Of a stretch of 64,000 bases of DNA, positions 47,151 through 57,582 are shown in pieces. The notes under the pieces are model-generated. The model did not search any database and had not been told where the DNA came from. It saw only the letters and a program-made list of their open reading frames with translations. Numbering within the stretch: the first letter of the stretch is position 1; each line of letters begins with the position of its first letter. Source of the DNA: a bacterium (GTDB lineage Bacteria > UBA8248); the NCBI GenBank assembly GCA_965261085.1, contig OZ253442.1, positions 512,001 to 576,000 of the forward strand. The letters run 5' to 3'. The translations under genes and the position numbers were made by a program.

Positions 47151-48032
47151 TTACGCCAGCGCCTCGGCGCCGGCGACCACTTCGAGCAACTCCGTGGTGA
47201 TCGACGCCTGCCGCACGCGGTTCATCTGCAACGTCAGCGCCCCGATCATCTCTTCCGCGTTTCTGGACGCGTTGTCCATCGCCGTCATGCGGGCGCCGAA
47301 CTCACTCGCCTCCGCATCGAGAAGCGCCCTGTAAATCTGCACCCGCACGTGCCTCGGCAAGATGCTGTCCAGAAGGCCCTCCATCGAGGGTTCATAAATA
47401 TACTCCGCCGCCACGGGCTCGCCTTGCGCGTCGAGCGAATCTGGCACTGGAGGCGCCAGAGGCAGAAGACGGGACAGTCTCGGCCTTTGGCTCAGGATCG
47501 TCCTAAACTCCGTGGTGATGATGTGGACCTCATCGAAGCCCTCTTCGAGATACGCCCTGGTCATGATTTCAGCCAGTTGAGTAGCCAGGGAGAAGTCGAT
47601 TTTACCGTAGACGTCCGTGAACTGCTCTTTGAATGCAAACTCCCTGCGGGCCAGGAAATCGCGGCCCTTGCGGCCGACGACGATGATTTCTGTTTCCTTG
47701 CCCTCTTCATCGCGCTTCCTCAGGAACTGAAGCGCCTGGCGGAGCAGGTTCGTGTTGTAGCCGCCGCAAAGGCCCTTGTCCGAGGTGATGACGAGAAGAA
47801 GCACCCTGTCGTCCTTCATGTCGTCGCGAAGAAGGGGGTGCGTATCCGCCGAAACTTTCGCGGCCAGCGAATTCACCAGCTCTTCCATCTTCTCGCCGTA
47901 GGGCCGGGCGCTCTCGATGCGCTCCTGCGCCCTCCGCACCTTGGAAGCCGCCACGAGCTTCATCGCCCGCGTAATCTGCTGGGTATTCTTGACGCTGCGT
48001 ATGCGGCGCTTGAAATCTCTTGTAGACGCCAT
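47151..48032 (-). CDS. atpG: F1 ATP synthase gamma subunit
   Basis: ITRAMKLVA, DKGLCGGYN, RQASITTE. Confidence 0.99.
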   Translation of the reverse strand: MASTRDFKRRIRSVKNTQQITRAMKLVAASKVRRAQERIESARPYGEKMEELVNSLAAKVSADTHPLLRDDMKDDRVLLLVITSDKGLCGGYNTNLLRQALQFLRKRDEEGKETEIIVVGRKGRDFLARREFAFKEQFTDVYGKIDFSLATQLAEIMTRAYLEEGFDEVHIITTEFRTILSQRPRLSRLLPLAPPVPDSLDAQGEPVAAEYIYEPSMEGLLDSILPRHVRVQIYRALLDAEASEFGARMTAMDNASRNAEEMIGALTLQMNRVRQASITTELLEVVAGAEALA

Positions 48033-48039
48033 TTTCTAC

Positions 48040-49578
<1,539 letters not shown>

Positions 49579-49616
49579 GGATTGCCCCCTTGATCCTTCA
49601 AGTGGTTCTTAGAGTA

Positions 49617-50159
49617 TCAACTCGTAATCAACGTATTCCGTAAGTTGCGAAGCTGGTTGCTGACACTGCCGTCCATGAGGACGCCGCCCACGCGGCAGAC
49701 CAGCCCGCCAATCAGTTTTTCATCCGTCTCCACTTCCATGAGCACCTCGCTGCCGGTGATCTCGGAGAGTTTTTCACGCAGCCTCTCGGCGGCCTCGGCA
49801 TCCAGGTCGTACGCCGTGGTCACATGGGCGCGAACGCGGCCGCGCTTCTCATCCGCAATCTGCTGGTAGCTGTGCGCCATGTCGGAGAGTTCGCCGATGC
49901 GGTCTTTCTCGGCCACCACGCGCACGAAATTCCGCAACAACTCACTCGCGCCCGATACGGTCATGATTTCGTCCAGTATCTTCACCCGCTCGCTTCGCGC
50001 GAAACGCGGGTTGAGCAAAACGCGCCGCAACTCCTGGTTTCCCTGAAACTGGTTCGCTATCTCCGCCAGCGCCTCTCCGGTCTCATCCAGAACGTCCCTA
50101 CTCTCGGCGATATTCACCAATGCCCGCGCGTAGCGGAGCGGCGCCTCGCCACCAGTCAC
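49617..50159 (-). CDS. atpH: F1 ATP synthase delta subunit
   Basis: RYARAL, LIGGL, DGSV. Confidence 0.96.
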   Translation of the reverse strand: MTGGEAPLRYARALVNIAESRDVLDETGEALAEIANQFQGNQELRRVLLNPRFARSERVKILDEIMTVSGASELLRNFVRVVAEKDRIGELSDMAHSYQQIADEKRGRVRAHVTTAYDLDAEAAERLREKLSEITGSEVLMEVETDEKLIGGLVCRVGGVLMDGSVSNQLRNLRNTLITS

Positions 50160-50758
50160 CGTGAACCTCCGTTTCTATCGTCGATGTTGGCGAGATAGTT
50201 CTCGACGAACCTTTCCTGATCCGCCTCGCCCAGTTCTTTTTTGAGCATCTCCTCGGCCAGGTTCAACGCCAGACTCGCCGCCTGGTTCTGGAGTTCCGCG
50301 CGCGCCTTCGATGCCTCGAGTTCGATGGTCGTTCTCGTCTGCTCGAGCAGGCGCTGCGCCTGGTTCTCCTGTTCTTTTTCGAGTCTTTCCTGCATCGCGG
50401 CGCGCTCTTTCTTGCCTTGATCTCGAACACGCATGAGTTCGGCTTCGAGATCCGCCACCTTGGAGCGTTGCTCGGCAAGCTGCTTTTCCGCCTCCTCGCG
50501 GGCCGCCCGGGCTTCCTCGAGCGCCTTGCGAATCCCCTCTCTCCTGTCCTTCAGGAAGTTCTTGATGGGGTTAAAAGCGACTTTGTAGAGAATGCCCACG
50601 ACGATGAGTGTATTGACGAGCTTGAAGAGCTCCTCAGTAAAACTGAACGCCTTGGCGTGCGCGCCGGCATCCGCAGCCAGAACCCATTCTGCGGAAAGCA
50701 GGGCCGCCCCAAAAATCAGAAGGCTGAAAAGGCTACTATATTTTTTTTCTAAAAACAC
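50156..50758 (-). CDS. atpF: Fo ATP synthase subunit b
   Basis: TM helix plus coiled coil, position before atpH. Confidence 0.92.
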   Translation of the reverse strand: MFLEKKYSSLFSLLIFGAALLSAEWVLAADAGAHAKAFSFTEELFKLVNTLIVVGILYKVAFNPIKNFLKDRREGIRKALEEARAAREEAEKQLAEQRSKVADLEAELMRVRDQGKKERAAMQERLEKEQENQAQRLLEQTRTTIELEASKARAELQNQAASLALNLAEEMLKKELGEADQERFVENYLANIDDRNGGSR

Positions 50759-50773
50759 GGCTCTTCACATCCT

Positions 50774-51352
50774 CTATGCGATACTGCGGCCGGCAAGCCT
50801 GGTGGCGATTTCACACGCCAACCGGCTGGCGCCGCTTTCGAGTTCGGAAGCCGCCTGTTTCGCCTGCGCAGCGATGGACTGGCGCGTCTCCTCGACCTCG
50901 CGGCTCGTTCTCTCGCGAATCTCATCGAGACGTTTGCGGGTCGCCTCGGTCATCTCCTGTTGGAACGCGATGAGGGCTTCGGTGTTCTCACGTTGAATTT
51001 CCGCCAGCGCATCCTCGTACTGACTGATGTAGCCTGCCGCCTCGCTTCTATCGCGCTTGGCGGTTTCGAGGTCGCCGGTGACCTGCGCGTCGCGCGATTC
51101 CATGTGGCTCAACAAAGGTTTAATCAGAATCTTGTTGAGGACAACCAGCAAGATCAGAAAATTGGTCCACTGAATCAGGATGACGACCGGGTTGATGACG
51201 AGAGCGCCGCTTCCCACGTTGAAGCTCGCGAGCCAGGCGCCGAAGCCGCTTTGGGGGGCGCTTGCCGCCCAGGAGACGGACGGCGCTACCAACAGCATGA
51301 GAATCGGCGTCAAACCGAACGCCAATCGTTTCAAACGAAAAAGGCGGATCAT
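50774..51352 (-). CDS. atpF2: Fo ATP synthase subunit b' (second b paralogue)
   Basis: IQWTNFLILLVVLNKILIKP plus coiled coil; RBS before 51352. Confidence 0.9.
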   Translation of the reverse strand: MIRLFRLKRLAFGLTPILMLLVAPSVSWAASAPQSGFGAWLASFNVGSGALVINPVVILIQWTNFLILLVVLNKILIKPLLSHMESRDAQVTGDLETAKRDRSEAAGYISQYEDALAEIQRENTEALIAFQQEMTEATRKRLDEIRERTSREVEETRQSIAAQAKQAASELESGASRLACEIATRLAGRSIA

Positions 51353-51497
51353 CTCTCCCTCTGCCTTCACGCCCCATGCCGGGCGCAAAACCACCCCCAT
51401 GAGGTCAGGCGCTTCCACGAAAACCGTCGGGGAATGGCGTATGAATTCATTTGGTTTTCAGGGACATGGCTTGAGATCCGGCCCCGAAAAACGCTTA

Positions 51498-51526
51498 AAA
51501 CTACCCACAGGCATGTCCGAAGTCAA
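51498..51526 (-). promoter_or_regulatory. Possible sigma70 promoter of the atp operon
   Basis: TTGACT-17-TAGTTT on the minus strand. Confidence 0.45.
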
Positions 51527-51676
51527 GCCCCTGAAGGATTTTTTATAACTTATTGGATTCACGATGTTTGGTCTTTGGTTTTCGGCGCGCTCCGCCTCCT
51601 CGCGCGAGAGGAATTATGCTATTTTCCAGACAATCTGAAAACTATCACGTCGTGGTTCTTATTCACGGAGACAGGC

Positions 51677-52669
51677 ATGAAATTCGTTACGTTTGAAGTC
51701 CCCACCCCCCTTGGAAACATCTCGCGCGCCGGCGCTCTGGCCCAGGTAGGCGACGGCCAGGTCGTGCTCGACCTCGCCCACGGCTACGCCGCGCTCCTTC
51801 AGGAAGAGGACGAGGAGCCGCGCTTTCACGAATACGCAGACTTCAGGCTTCCCCAGGATATGTGCGAACTCATGGCGGGGGGGGAACCATCTCTCAAAGC
51901 CGCCCGGGCGGCGCAGGAATTCATACTGGCAAATCCGGCCAGACGCGGGCCGAATGGGGAGCAACTCGCCTTCTCCTTTTCTGAAGCGCGGTTGCGCCCC
52001 CCGGTGCCGCAGCCCGTCACGTTTCGTGATTTTCTGATCCACGAGGGCCACAAGGCCGCAGGCGCGCGGCGTCGGAACACCACCATCGACCCCGTCTGGT
52101 ACGAACTGCCCTCCTGCTACAAGGGAAACCGCTTGACCATCATCGGTCCTGAGGATGAACTCAAATGGCCCCACTACTCCGAAAAACTCGATTATGAGCT
52201 CGAACTCGCCATGTTCATCGGAAAGCGCGGCAAGGACATCACACAAGAAGACGCGATGGATCACGTCTTCGGCTTCAGCGTGCTGAATGACTTCAGCGCA
52301 CGCGACATTCAGATCAACGAGATGAAAAACTGGCTAGGGCCGCACAAGGGCAAGGATTTCGGCACAGCCATAGGTCCGTGCGTCGTTACGGCGGATGAGT
52401 TCGACCCTACCGACGCGGTGATGATCGCCCGCGTCAACGGCGAGGAGTGGAGCCGTGGCAACGCTGGCGACGCCTACTTCTCCTGGAACAAGATGATCGA
52501 GTATGCATCCATGGAAGAAGAACTCGTTCCGGGCGAGATGTTCGGCTCGGGTACCGTGGCCACGGGCTGCGGGGCGGACCTCGACAGATGGATACAGCCT
52601 GGCGACGTCATCGAACTGGAAATCGAGGGTATCGGCGTTTTGAAGAACAAGATTGTGAGAGAGGCCTAG
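51677..52669 (+). CDS. Fumarylacetoacetate hydrolase family protein
   Basis: FRDF, LDYELE, NDFSARD, GKDF, GSGT. Confidence 0.93.
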   Translation: MKFVTFEVPTPLGNISRAGALAQVGDGQVVLDLAHGYAALLQEEDEEPRFHEYADFRLPQDMCELMAGGEPSLKAARAAQEFILANPARRGPNGEQLAFSFSEARLRPPVPQPVTFRDFLIHEGHKAAGARRRNTTIDPVWYELPSCYKGNRLTIIGPEDELKWPHYSEKLDYELELAMFIGKRGKDITQEDAMDHVFGFSVLNDFSARDIQINEMKNWLGPHKGKDFGTAIGPCVVTADEFDPTDAVMIARVNGEEWSRGNAGDAYFSWNKMIEYASMEEELVPGEMFGSGTVATGCGADLDRWIQPGDVIELEIEGIGVLKNKIVREA

Positions 52670-53193
52670 TTTAAAGCCGACCATTCGCGTAATTCCAACT
52701 CCCCGTTCCACATGAGGCCGTGCCGGGGGTAGCCGAGCCTGGTTGGAGGCCCCAGGACGCAGACGCGGACTCCTTCTAGCAAGAGCAAGACCTCGACGAT
52801 TCTACTCTCGTATTTCTGAGGGTCGATGCCGTTCGGGTTTCCCCAGGCGGCCAGTACCACGTCCGCGCCTTTAAGACTCTCTTTGATCCACGTATCGTTT
52901 TCCCTACCCACCATCACCCGGTATGGATGGACATTCAACTCCTCGGGATAAGGGGAGCGAAGCGCGAAGAGGTTCACGTACCTGATGCGCCCGAACTTGT
53001 TCTTCCGCGCCCATGCCTCCACTTTCCCCACGGTGGGGTCGCTTCTCTCGGCAGACGCCGTGGAGGGGTTCTTTAAGACGACGGTGAGTGTTCCGGCGCG
53101 TTCGTCTGAAACCCGCACCTCCAGAAAATACCTGTACCTCCCGTATTTCCGGGGCGCGCACTCCGTCACCTCCCTCACCTTTTTCGGTGACAT
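52666..53193 (-). CDS. DUF1643 family protein
   Basis: YRYFL, KNPSTA, DPTV, NLFALRS, AAWG, PRH. Confidence 0.85.
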   Translation of the reverse strand: MSPKKVREVTECAPRKYGRYRYFLEVRVSDERAGTLTVVLKNPSTASAERSDPTVGKVEAWARKNKFGRIRYVNLFALRSPYPEELNVHPYRVMVGRENDTWIKESLKGADVVLAAWGNPNGIDPQKYESRIVEVLLLLEGVRVCVLGPPTRLGYPRHGLMWNGELELREWSALN

Positions 53194-53258
53194 GCTTTTC
53201 CTTCCCCTGAAAAGAGAAATACAATGCGCGCTCAAGCTACCCAAGAGAAAGGACGACC

Positions 53259-54035
53259 ATGCCATACGAAAACGTGCTGTATGAAGTCGATGGGCCACTC
53301 GCCCTGATCACCATCAACCGCCCCGAACGACATAATGCCATATCCCTCGCCACGCTGGATGACCTCCACGCCACAATCGCCGAGGCCGCCGGGGACGAGG
53401 CAGTCCGCGCCATCGCCATCACCGGAGCGGGCGAGAAGGCGTTCGCCTCGGGCTCAGATTTAGGGGAAGTCGAACACAGAAACCTCGCGGTCGCCCTGAC
53501 CCCTCTGGTGCAGGGAGTAGCGGAGCGTCTGGAGAGAACGCCCAAGGCGACGATTGCCGCCATCAACGGCTATTGCATGGGCGGCGGGCTGGAGGTGGCG
53601 CTCGGCTGTGACGTGAGGATAGCCACGCCCCAGTCGAAATTCGCCACGCCAGAGGGGAGAATCGGCATCATCCCCGGTGGGGGGGCCACGCAGCGCCTGC
53701 CCCGCCTCATCGGGCGCGCCTGGGCGATGGAGATGCTCCTGATGGGAGAAACCATCGACGCTGCGCGCGCGCTCGAGGTCGGCCTCATCACCCGGCTTGT
53801 CGAGCCTGAGGAACTCATGCCCACCGTCAGGAAGATGGCCGGGAAACTCGCGGCCTACGCGCCTTTCGTGCCCCAGTTCATGAAGGCGATGGTGCACTAC
53901 GGCATGGAGGGCAGCATGACGGCGGGACTGGCGCTCGAGAAATTCGCCCAGGGCGCGCTCTGCGAAACCGAGGACAAGGCCGAAGGCCTGCGCGCCTTCC
54001 TGGAGAAGAGAAAGCCCGAATGGAAGGGCAGATGA
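53259..54035 (+). CDS. Enoyl-CoA hydratase/isomerase family protein
   Basis: AFASGSDL, GGGLE, PEGRIGIIPGGGATQRL. Confidence 0.95.
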   Translation: MPYENVLYEVDGPLALITINRPERHNAISLATLDDLHATIAEAAGDEAVRAIAITGAGEKAFASGSDLGEVEHRNLAVALTPLVQGVAERLERTPKATIAAINGYCMGGGLEVALGCDVRIATPQSKFATPEGRIGIIPGGGATQRLPRLIGRAWAMEMLLMGETIDAARALEVGLITRLVEPEELMPTVRKMAGKLAAYAPFVPQFMKAMVHYGMEGSMTAGLALEKFAQGALCETEDKAEGLRAFLEKRKPEWKGR

Positions 54036-54036
54036 G

Positions 54037-54459
54037 TTGAGCCTTAAAGTCGCTGGCGTCCTGGAAACGTGTATCTACGCCGAGGATCTCGAAGCGGCGG
54101 AAGCGTTTTACCGCTCCGTCCTGGGGCTGGAGGCGTTCCAGAAAGCGCCCGGCCGCCATGTTTTCTTTTATTGCGGGCCGCATGCGGTCTTCCTCGTATT
54201 CAACCCGGAGGCGACCGTCAGGTCCGACATGAAGCTCGGCGTACCGACGCACGGCGCGGCGGGGCCGGGGCACGTGACGTTCTCCATACGCGAGGCCGAG
54301 ATGACCGACTGGCGGGAGCATTTGGGTTCCGAGGGAATAGCCATCGAAAAAGAAGTCGACTGGCCCGGCGGGGGACGCTCCATCTATTTCAGGGACCCGG
54401 CGGGGAACAGCGTGGAACTCGCCTCTGCGCGCATCTGGCGGCTGGAGGAGCCGTCATAA
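54037..54459 (+). CDS. VOC/glyoxalase family protein
   Basis: LETCIYAEDL, HGAAGPGHVTF, YFRDPAGNSVE. Confidence 0.9.
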   Translation: MSLKVAGVLETCIYAEDLEAAEAFYRSVLGLEAFQKAPGRHVFFYCGPHAVFLVFNPEATVRSDMKLGVPTHGAAGPGHVTFSIREAEMTDWREHLGSEGIAIEKEVDWPGGGRSIYFRDPAGNSVELASARIWRLEEPS

Positions 54460-54659
54460 AACCCTAACTCATTGTAAATGCTTTTGTTCTGTTTCTATGC
54501 CGCCGATTTTATTTATCGAAAAACATCGTGAATTTATCGTATTTTTCAGGAATTCGCTCGGCTCCGAACGTGCCGACTCGCGGGGAAATCCCGCCACGCT
54601 CCCAGGCTTTCGGCATGATGCCAAATGCGGGGAATTGCGTGGTCAAACGCGACAGATCA

Positions 54660-56181
54660 GGGGTTGTTGAAAAACCCCTGACTCTATGCTTGGATGTATG
54701 GATATTACGCGCCCGAGAAGGGAATATCCGCGATGTTGGGACGCAAGAACCGCGCCCAGATGGATTTGTTCATCACCGGTTCGCTGGAGAGGTTGATTCC
54801 CGAGGATCACATATTGGCCCGCGTGAACCGCGTTCTGGACCTGAGTTGGCTGCGCGAGGAAGTGGCGGATTGTTATTGCGCGGACAACGGCCGTCCTGGG
54901 ATCGACCCCGAAGTGGCGGTTCGGTTGATGTTGGCGGGCCTTCTGCTGGGGTTCGTGCACGACCGTCGGTTGATGCGCGAGGCGCAGGTGAACATCGCGA
55001 TCCGGTGGTTCATCGGTTACGGGCTGGAGGATCGGCTGCCGGATCATTCGAGCCTGACGCGGATACGGCAGCGCTGGGGGGAGGCCCGGTTCCGGGAGAT
55101 ATTCCGCCGCACGGTCCGTGCGTGCCTGGATGCGAAGGTGGCCAAGGCCGAAGTCGTGCACGTGGACGCCTCATTGATCCGCGCGGACGTGAGTTGGGAG
55201 AGTCTGGTGGAGCGTCACGTGGACGAGGTGATAGCGGAGAACCCCGTCGAGGAGGAGGCCGGGAAGAAGGGTGGAGGAGGCCGCCGTGGCGGGGGTTCCG
55301 GGAAGGTGAGCCGGACGGACCCGGACGCGCGGCTGGCGAGAACGGGCGGGGGATTCGAGCCGAGCTACAAGCAGCACGCTGTGGTGGACGACACGCGCGG
55401 GGTGGTGCTCGACGTATCGGTGACGGAGGGTACGGTGAACGAGCGTGAGGTGCTCGAATCGCAGGTGGAAGCGGTATGCGAGGTATCGGGGCGCGCGCCC
55501 GCGATGGTGACGGCGGACTCTGGCTACGCCTACTCGAAGGTCTACGCGGCCCTGGAGCGCCGGGGTGTGGCCGCGCTCATTCCGGCGAAGAGGGAACCCT
55601 CGCAGAGCCGTGTTCCGTTGCGCCTGTTCCGCTACGACGCGCGGCACGACATCGTGAAGTGTCCGCGCGGCAAGATACTGAGCCCCCGTCGGCCCGCAAA
55701 GGGGGGGCGTTATTATCGTTCGAAGACCCGTGATTGCGCGGGCTGCGCGCTTCGCGAGGATTGCCTGCCGAAGGCGTGGTCGAGCAAGGTGGTGTTGGTT
55801 CCGCATGCGTATCCGGCGCTGTTGCGCGCGCGCCGGCGCCATGCGCGATGGAGGGAGGAGGAGCGGCGGATGTACCGGCGTCATATGTGGCGCTCGGAGG
55901 GCTACCACGGCGAGGCGAAGACCTGGCACGGGCTTGCGCGCGCGGTGCGGCGCGGTCTTGAGAACATGAAGATACAGTCCTACCTGACGGCGGCGGCGAT
56001 CAACCTCAAGCGGCTCTCCGCCGCACTTGCTGCAAGGTTATTCGCCCTCTGGAGGGCCTGGTCGGCCCGGGAAGAGCCTCTGTGCGTCCATCGCGGCCTC
56101 GCAAGCTGCGTGGGCTTCCTGTCCGCCGCCGCGTGACCCTCCATACCGCCCGCTCCCGAAACCGGGTTATTCAACAACCCC
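54660..56181 (+). mobile_element. IS1182-family insertion sequence, apparently intact
   Basis: 18-bp terminal IRs GGGGTTGTTGAAAAACCC / GGGTTATTCAACAACCCC (1 mismatch); 5-bp direct repeat GATCA at 54655-54659 and 56182-56186. Confidence 0.92.
54733..56136 (+). CDS. IS1182-family DDE transposase
   Basis: GRPGIDP, LPDHSSL, VDAS, TDPDA, ADSGY, Cys cluster, AAAINLKRL. Confidence 0.93.
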   Translation: MLGRKNRAQMDLFITGSLERLIPEDHILARVNRVLDLSWLREEVADCYCADNGRPGIDPEVAVRLMLAGLLLGFVHDRRLMREAQVNIAIRWFIGYGLEDRLPDHSSLTRIRQRWGEARFREIFRRTVRACLDAKVAKAEVVHVDASLIRADVSWESLVERHVDEVIAENPVEEEAGKKGGGGRRGGGSGKVSRTDPDARLARTGGGFEPSYKQHAVVDDTRGVVLDVSVTEGTVNEREVLESQVEAVCEVSGRAPAMVTADSGYAYSKVYAALERRGVAALIPAKREPSQSRVPLRLFRYDARHDIVKCPRGKILSPRRPAKGGRYYRSKTRDCAGCALREDCLPKAWSSKVVLVPHAYPALLRARRRHARWREEERRMYRRHMWRSEGYHGEAKTWHGLARAVRRGLENMKIQSYLTAAAINLKRLSAALAARLFALWRAWSAREEPLCVHRGLASCVGFLSAAA

Positions 56182-56265
56182 GATCAGGGAGCGATTGCGG
56201 TTTCCGGCCGGGGAGCTCGGGCTTCCCCGATGAGCGGGAACCGCGAAAACCACGTTTCAACCACT

Positions 56266-56287
56266 GGGTCAGGCCGCGACCTGACCC
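56266..56287 (-). terminator. Hairpin just downstream of the FGE-family gene
   Basis: GGGTCAGG-ccgcga-CCTGACCC. Confidence 0.5.
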
Positions 56288-56296
56288 TGCCGCCCA

Positions 56297-57139
56297 TCAC
56301 CCTCCTCCCGCGCCGGTCCTTCTCACCACCCCCACCACCGCCGGTCGGGCGCAGCGGAACCCCACCCCGTGGTTCGACTCATAAGGCGCGTAGCCGGTGC
56401 GAAAGGCGGAGCGCATCAGAAAGCGGCTGTTGAACCACGCGCCGCCGCGCAAGACTTTCACGCTGCCCGCACCCGGTCCTTTCGGGTTTTTCCCGGGCAT
56501 GTGCGCGTAGAAATTCCCCCGGTACCAGTCCGCCACCCACTCCATCGCGTTTCCCGCCATGTCCATCGCGCCGTAAGGACTCGCTCCCAGCGGCCTGCCG
56601 CCTACGCTCCATGTGGCGAACCCCTTGCTGCAGGAGGGAATCTCACCGCCCATGACGGCCCGCGCGCACGTCGCCCGCTCGTTTCCCCACGGGTAGATGC
56701 GCCCATCGCTACCGCGCGCCGCCTTTTCCCACTCCGCCTCGGTGGGCAGGCGCCTGCCCACGCGCGCGCAATAATCGCGCGCCTGAAACCAGGTGACGCC
56801 CACGACGGGCTGCTCGGGTTCTTCGAACGAACCCGCGTAGCGATCGGCCGGAGCAAAGAACTTGCGGAAGCGCCGGTTGGTCACCTCGTATTTGTCGATG
56901 TAGAAGGCTTTCAGGTATATCCGGCGGCGCGGCGTTTCGTTGTCGCCGAAAATGTAGCCGCCCGGAGCCGAACCCATCACGAATTCTCCCGCAGGCACGA
57001 GAACAAGTGGCGCGCCGTCTGTGCCTGTGATTTGTTTAGGCAGCCCCGCGCCTCGGGCGATGCCCACAAATGCCGCCGTCAAGACGAGCGCGAGGAGAGA
57101 GGCAAGCAGAATCGAGTTTTGGGGGTCTCGGCGCATCAT
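56297..57139 (-). CDS. Exported FGE-sulfatase/SUMF1 family protein, non-catalytic type (full-length copy)
   Basis: Signal peptide, FVMGS, YEVTN, RLPTEAEWE, DMAGN, RGG, GFRC; lacks the FGE catalytic Cys pair. Confidence 0.9.
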   Translation of the reverse strand: MMRRDPQNSILLASLLALVLTAAFVGIARGAGLPKQITGTDGAPLVLVPAGEFVMGSAPGGYIFGDNETPRRRIYLKAFYIDKYEVTNRRFRKFFAPADRYAGSFEEPEQPVVGVTWFQARDYCARVGRRLPTEAEWEKAARGSDGRIYPWGNERATCARAVMGGEIPSCSKGFATWSVGGRPLGASPYGAMDMAGNAMEWVADWYRGNFYAHMPGKNPKGPGAGSVKVLRGGAWFNSRFLMRSAFRTGYAPYESNHGVGFRCARPAVVGVVRRTGAGGG

Positions 57140-57248
57140 GAACGCTCACAAGGCGGTAAGTATCCTCTCCTTTTTATATTATAGACGATGACAGACTTGA
57201 AAACGGGGCGCGGAGTTCGATGTGGGATAAGGTACGTCCCGAACAGCC

Positions 57249-57376
57249 GTAGGGGCGGGCCCCCGTGCCCGCCCGTGTAATATGAGGACGCCACACAGAA
57301 CGCCACAGGGACAACACGCCATGTTTGTCCCACTCCGAGCGGCGCGAGCAGGACAGACTCAGAGGCCTGTCCCTAC
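57249..57376. repeat. GTAG-type REP doublet with spacer
   Basis: GTAGGGGCGGGCCCCCGTGCCCGCCC ... GGACAGACTCAGAGGCCTGTCCCTAC. Confidence 0.75.
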
Positions 57377-57395
57377 GGGTGGATGGTTCTCCTTC

Positions 57396-57422
57396 GTCAT
57401 TCCGGCGGATGCCGGAATCTAG
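57396..57422. repeat. CGTC-type REP-like palindrome
   Basis: CGTC-ATTCCGGCggatGCCGGAAT-CTAG; a degenerate partner CTGGATTCC lies near 57445. Confidence 0.5.
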
Positions 57423-57582
57423 GCGGACGAGAGTCACATCAGTTCTGGATTCCGACCTTGAACTGGGGAATCGATTTCATAGTTGAGCAAGGTTGGTAGA
57501 ACGCCAGGTTTTTTGACACAATAGCATAACAATAGTGGTGTTCATGATGAGTAGAAACGGTTAACTCGAAGGCAGTATAGAT

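Noticed and set aside
50960-51676. N-terminal extension of the FAH ORF (569 aa), and similar extensions at 16251 and 19980
   Set aside because: They overlap other genes or intergenic DNA; domain starts and RBS-like sites point to 51677, 16743 and 20214.
54640-56250. c-di-GMP-I riboswitch resemblance (GGTCAAAC ... TCCGGCC ... AGCGGG) in the rejoined IS target
   Set aside because: The GNRA loop and GCAAA junction are missing, and there is no downstream gene on that strand.
57249-57480. Possible CRISPR array or retron ncRNA upstream of the ATPase
   Set aside because: There are no regularly spaced identical direct repeats and no cas or RT genes; the hairpins fit REP elements.
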